From assembly GCA_002269645.1 (NCBI GenBank), contig NIVC01002120.1, positions 35,922-99,921 on the forward strand: DNA of 64,000 nucleotides. The letters run 5' to 3'. A program made the translations under genes and the position numbers. The first letter of the stretch is position 1. Every line of letters starts with the position of its first letter. The DNA is from Macrostomum lignano (lineage: Eukaryota). The notes beneath the pieces were generated by a model that made no database searches, had not been told where the DNA came from, and saw nothing but the letters and a program-made list of their open reading frames with translations. This document shows, one piece after another, positions 61,030 through 64,000 of this stretch.

Positions 61030-61470
61030 TTGGTCATAGCTGTCACAGTGAATTAGGGTTGGTCATTGCTGTCGCAGTGAATGGGAGTTGGTCATAGCTG
61101 TCACAGTGAATGGGAGTTGGTCATAGCTGTCACAGTGAATGGGAGTTGGTCATAGCTGTCACAGTGAATGGGAGTTGGTCATAGCTGTCACAGTGAATGG
61201 GAGTTGGTCATAGCTGTCACAGTGAATGGGAGTTGGTCATAGCTGTCACAGTGAATGGGAGTTGGTCATAGCTGTCAGTGAATTGGGGGTTGGTCATCAC
61301 AGTGAATGGGGGTTGGTCATCACAGTGAATGGGGGTTGGTCATAACTGTCACAGTGAATGGGAGTTGGTCATAGCTGTCACAGTGAATGGGGGTTGGTCA
61401 TTGCTGTCACAGTGAATGGGAGTTGGTCATAGCTGTCACAGTGAATGAGAGTTGGTCATAGCTGTCACAG
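61030..61470. repeat. 29-bp minisatellite (agtgaatgggagttggtcatagctgtcac), ~15 copies
   Basis: Direct reading. Confidence 0.95.
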
Positions 61471-64000
61471 TAAAATAAATTCACAAATTTGAATGGGTCA
61501 CAGCCCGATTATTACATCAGTGCTATTCTCAGCCCAGATTAGCAGGTTAACAATAACTCTGTTTAACAATGAAACCATGATACGCAGAAGTTGATTCTGC
61601 AGGGAGGAATGGCACAGGCTGAGTAGTATTGTGGATTAGCGACGAGCGGAGTGAGCAGTGCTCACTGGAGTACCTGGAGCCCGGCAGTGTGTACTATAGC
61701 TGTCACCGCAGCGGGAGACAATCAGATGAACAATGTGAGTAATTATGCCCAATGCAGCTGGGAGCTTCACACACCATTTTCCTGGCCTGGCAGTCAGTCC
61801 TGATTTCATGATTGCCATCGGGTTCTGGCCTCATTGTTCTCTGCAGCTCAGCGGCCTGCATTCTCCCCATCTCAGGGGCTTCCCCAGCCCCACCCCCTGA
61901 TGCGTGCCAGCATGAAATACCCTGGCCATGCGGACAGCCAAGGAAGCCTTAAAATTGGCTGCTGCTTGGCAGGGGGGGGGGAGCAGAGAGGAGGCTCAAG
62001 CATCGCACAGACATCGATTTCAGCACAACTCGCTCGGCAGATATCATCGGGGATTTCATATTGATGCTGGAAGCTGGACTGGGCAGCCAGAGGGCAGGGC
62101 GGGGGGATTCCAAGCGGCATCGAGTTTCTGCAGCCCTCCTCTCCTGTCCCCCTTCGCCACGCGTCTGTTTCGCATGGGCGCCACATCGCGGCTCTGACGC
62201 CTCCCCAGTGCACCGGGCAGGCGTTTCTGCAGTCAATCAGCGGCTGCCGAGGGGACATCTTGACCGCAGCTGCGGGCCCGGGGCCTCGGTGACTGACAAG
62301 TCGACTGCGGCTGATTTGGTCACTGCAGATCTCGCAGTCGGGCGCTGATGGATTCTTGGGGGGGGGGGCTGCAGCAGTCTTCACGGCAGCGGAGCTTCCA
62401 TCTATGGCATCCCGTGTGGGCGACTGCGGTGCTTCCGCCATGATCCATGGGGTCACCGCTGCGGGGTCAACAGCTGTGGGAGACGATAAAAATTTTATTT
62501 GAAAATCCGTGTACCAAATTTACCTGCGAGTTTCAAAGTGGCCCGCTGCTAAATTTGCTACTTAAAAATCCAATTTAACTAAGCCCTTCTGCTTTTCTGC
62601 TTTTAGAGGCAAAAACCACGATTTGGTTTCGGGCTTTTCCGCAGGTTAATTATAATAAAATGTTGCTTTTCAACTCTGTTGAATTAAAGTGCTTGAAAAC
62701 TTGAGTTGCTTGAGTTGCTCCAGCTCTGTGAATTGCGTGAATTCGGACAGTCTGCCGTGTTCTCACCATTCAGCTCCACAATGAGCTGCTGACTGTAGAG
62801 TAGAACAAAGACCCATGCGGGACAACAGAGCTGGCAGTCACACTGCTGTGGGTAGGCAGGTACAGTCATTCAGGTGTTCAGGGCAGCTCCCCTGCCCCCA
62901 ACACTGTACTGCGGGGCCCTCAGTGACCCGGGCCGGCCCGCTGCCACCCCCGTGCGCTCCTGACGCCTCTGACTCACGCAGTTGCTGCCTCAATTTCTTA
63001 CTTCTCAATTGCAAACCCGGCACTGCTCCCCGCACAGATCCTTTCAGATCGCACTACGCTTGTAGAAAAGTTGATAGGCTGCATTTGCGGAGACCTGCCG
63101 GTGCCCGGCGGAGGAGGCGAGGGACCCCGGGGCGGTCAAAGCCGCGAGGGGAAAACTGGCAGAAACAACAGCACAAACTGATTAAGTATTGAATTTTGCA
63201 AATTCCCCACTCCGCTCTCCCCCATCGCCATCCCCGGTCCCAGGGGCCGCTGCCTCGCTGTATTACGCGAAATGAAACGGGACTGTAAAATCCCGCCAGT
63301 AGGGGGGGGGGGCATATCTGGGAGAGATGAAAGCTGAGCAGAGGCGGCAGGAGGGAATTATTTTTTTGAGCAGTGCGGATTGAGGGGCGTTAGAGGAGGA
63401 GGCGAAAGCGCTCATACAGAGGAGGAGTTTAGCGGCAACTGGAGACTGGGCAGGCAAAACAAGTGGCGCTGACGGCAGTTTTATCAATCCATTTTGCCTC
63501 CTCGAGTTGGCCCCGCCCTCCAATTTTATTATGCAAAGTTGGAAAAAGCTGAAAGAAATTGCAGGTGAGGCCGGGCAGCTCCATAATGCTTAGAAGGGGA
63601 CACGCTGGCTTGAGGGGTCGCCCATGGCTGCAGCTGAGCTGAGGGCCGGGCCGCAGCCCCAATTGGGCCAGTCGCTCCCATTGCACACAAGGCGATCTGC
63701 TGTTCATTATTCCCCAATAAAAGCACAGGGACAGGCGGGGGGCAGCCAGCTGCGACCCCTGCCAAACCCGCAAGACACCCCAGGCGTGGCGGCCGTTTGC
63801 GTGAGGCTCCAATTTGCACCTGCGTCTGAGCTGGGAGAAGTGCAGGACGGGCCGGCGCGGACAGGCAGGCAGACAGGTAAGCAGACGGACTTTATTGCAA
63901 TGTTGAAAGCTGGAGGACCGGCCTGTATGGCCCTGCTCAGCTCTTAGCCCGCAGATGCTGGGTTGCTTTTTTACGCGAGTGCACGCGAGCTGCCCGCCCC

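Noticed and set aside
11428-61470. CRISPR-like look of regular 21-43-bp repeats
   Set aside because: Units are contiguous with no unique spacers, no cas genes, eukaryotic context.
58441-64000. Short GC-rich ORFs after Fat exon 12
   Set aside because: No cadherin, EGF or LamG motifs and no coherent exon chain; treated as intron.

Overview
Eukaryotic (metazoan) genomic DNA. GC-rich exons, introns filled with short minisatellites and AT-rich transposon relics resemble the flatworm Macrostomum lignano, but the organism is an inference. Three intron-containing + strand genes can be assembled by hand: a neurocalcin/hippocalcin-type calcium sensor (13070-14998, 2 exons, 190 aa); a type I diacylglycerol kinase (23812-27420, 4 exons, ~641 aa); and the first 12 coding exons (~3330 aa) of a divergent Fat-like (FAT1/3-kugelei type) cadherin from 30266, which has an apparent -1 frameshift near 56800 and must continue past the window. 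Mobile DNA: a 5'-truncated LINE endonuclease region (1-935); a 5.3-kb Mutator-like element with TIRs, an 8-9 bp TSD and a PHD+FLYWCH-like ORF (2526-7864); a decayed BEL/Pao integrase; foldback/MITE-like structures; a tRNA-derived SINE-like head. Most interesting: (1) a 70-bp-arm inverted repeat whose arms each contain a minimal Penelope-type hammerhead ribozyme and differ only by seven G.U-compatible changes; (2) minisatellites built from copies of exon/splice-donor junctions; (3) mutually complementary arrays around a frame-symmetric one-cadherin-repeat exon; (4) a CpA>TpA (RIP-like) pattern in transposon relics. Exon boundaries were inferred from GT/AG, phase and remembered family similarity; no database search was run.
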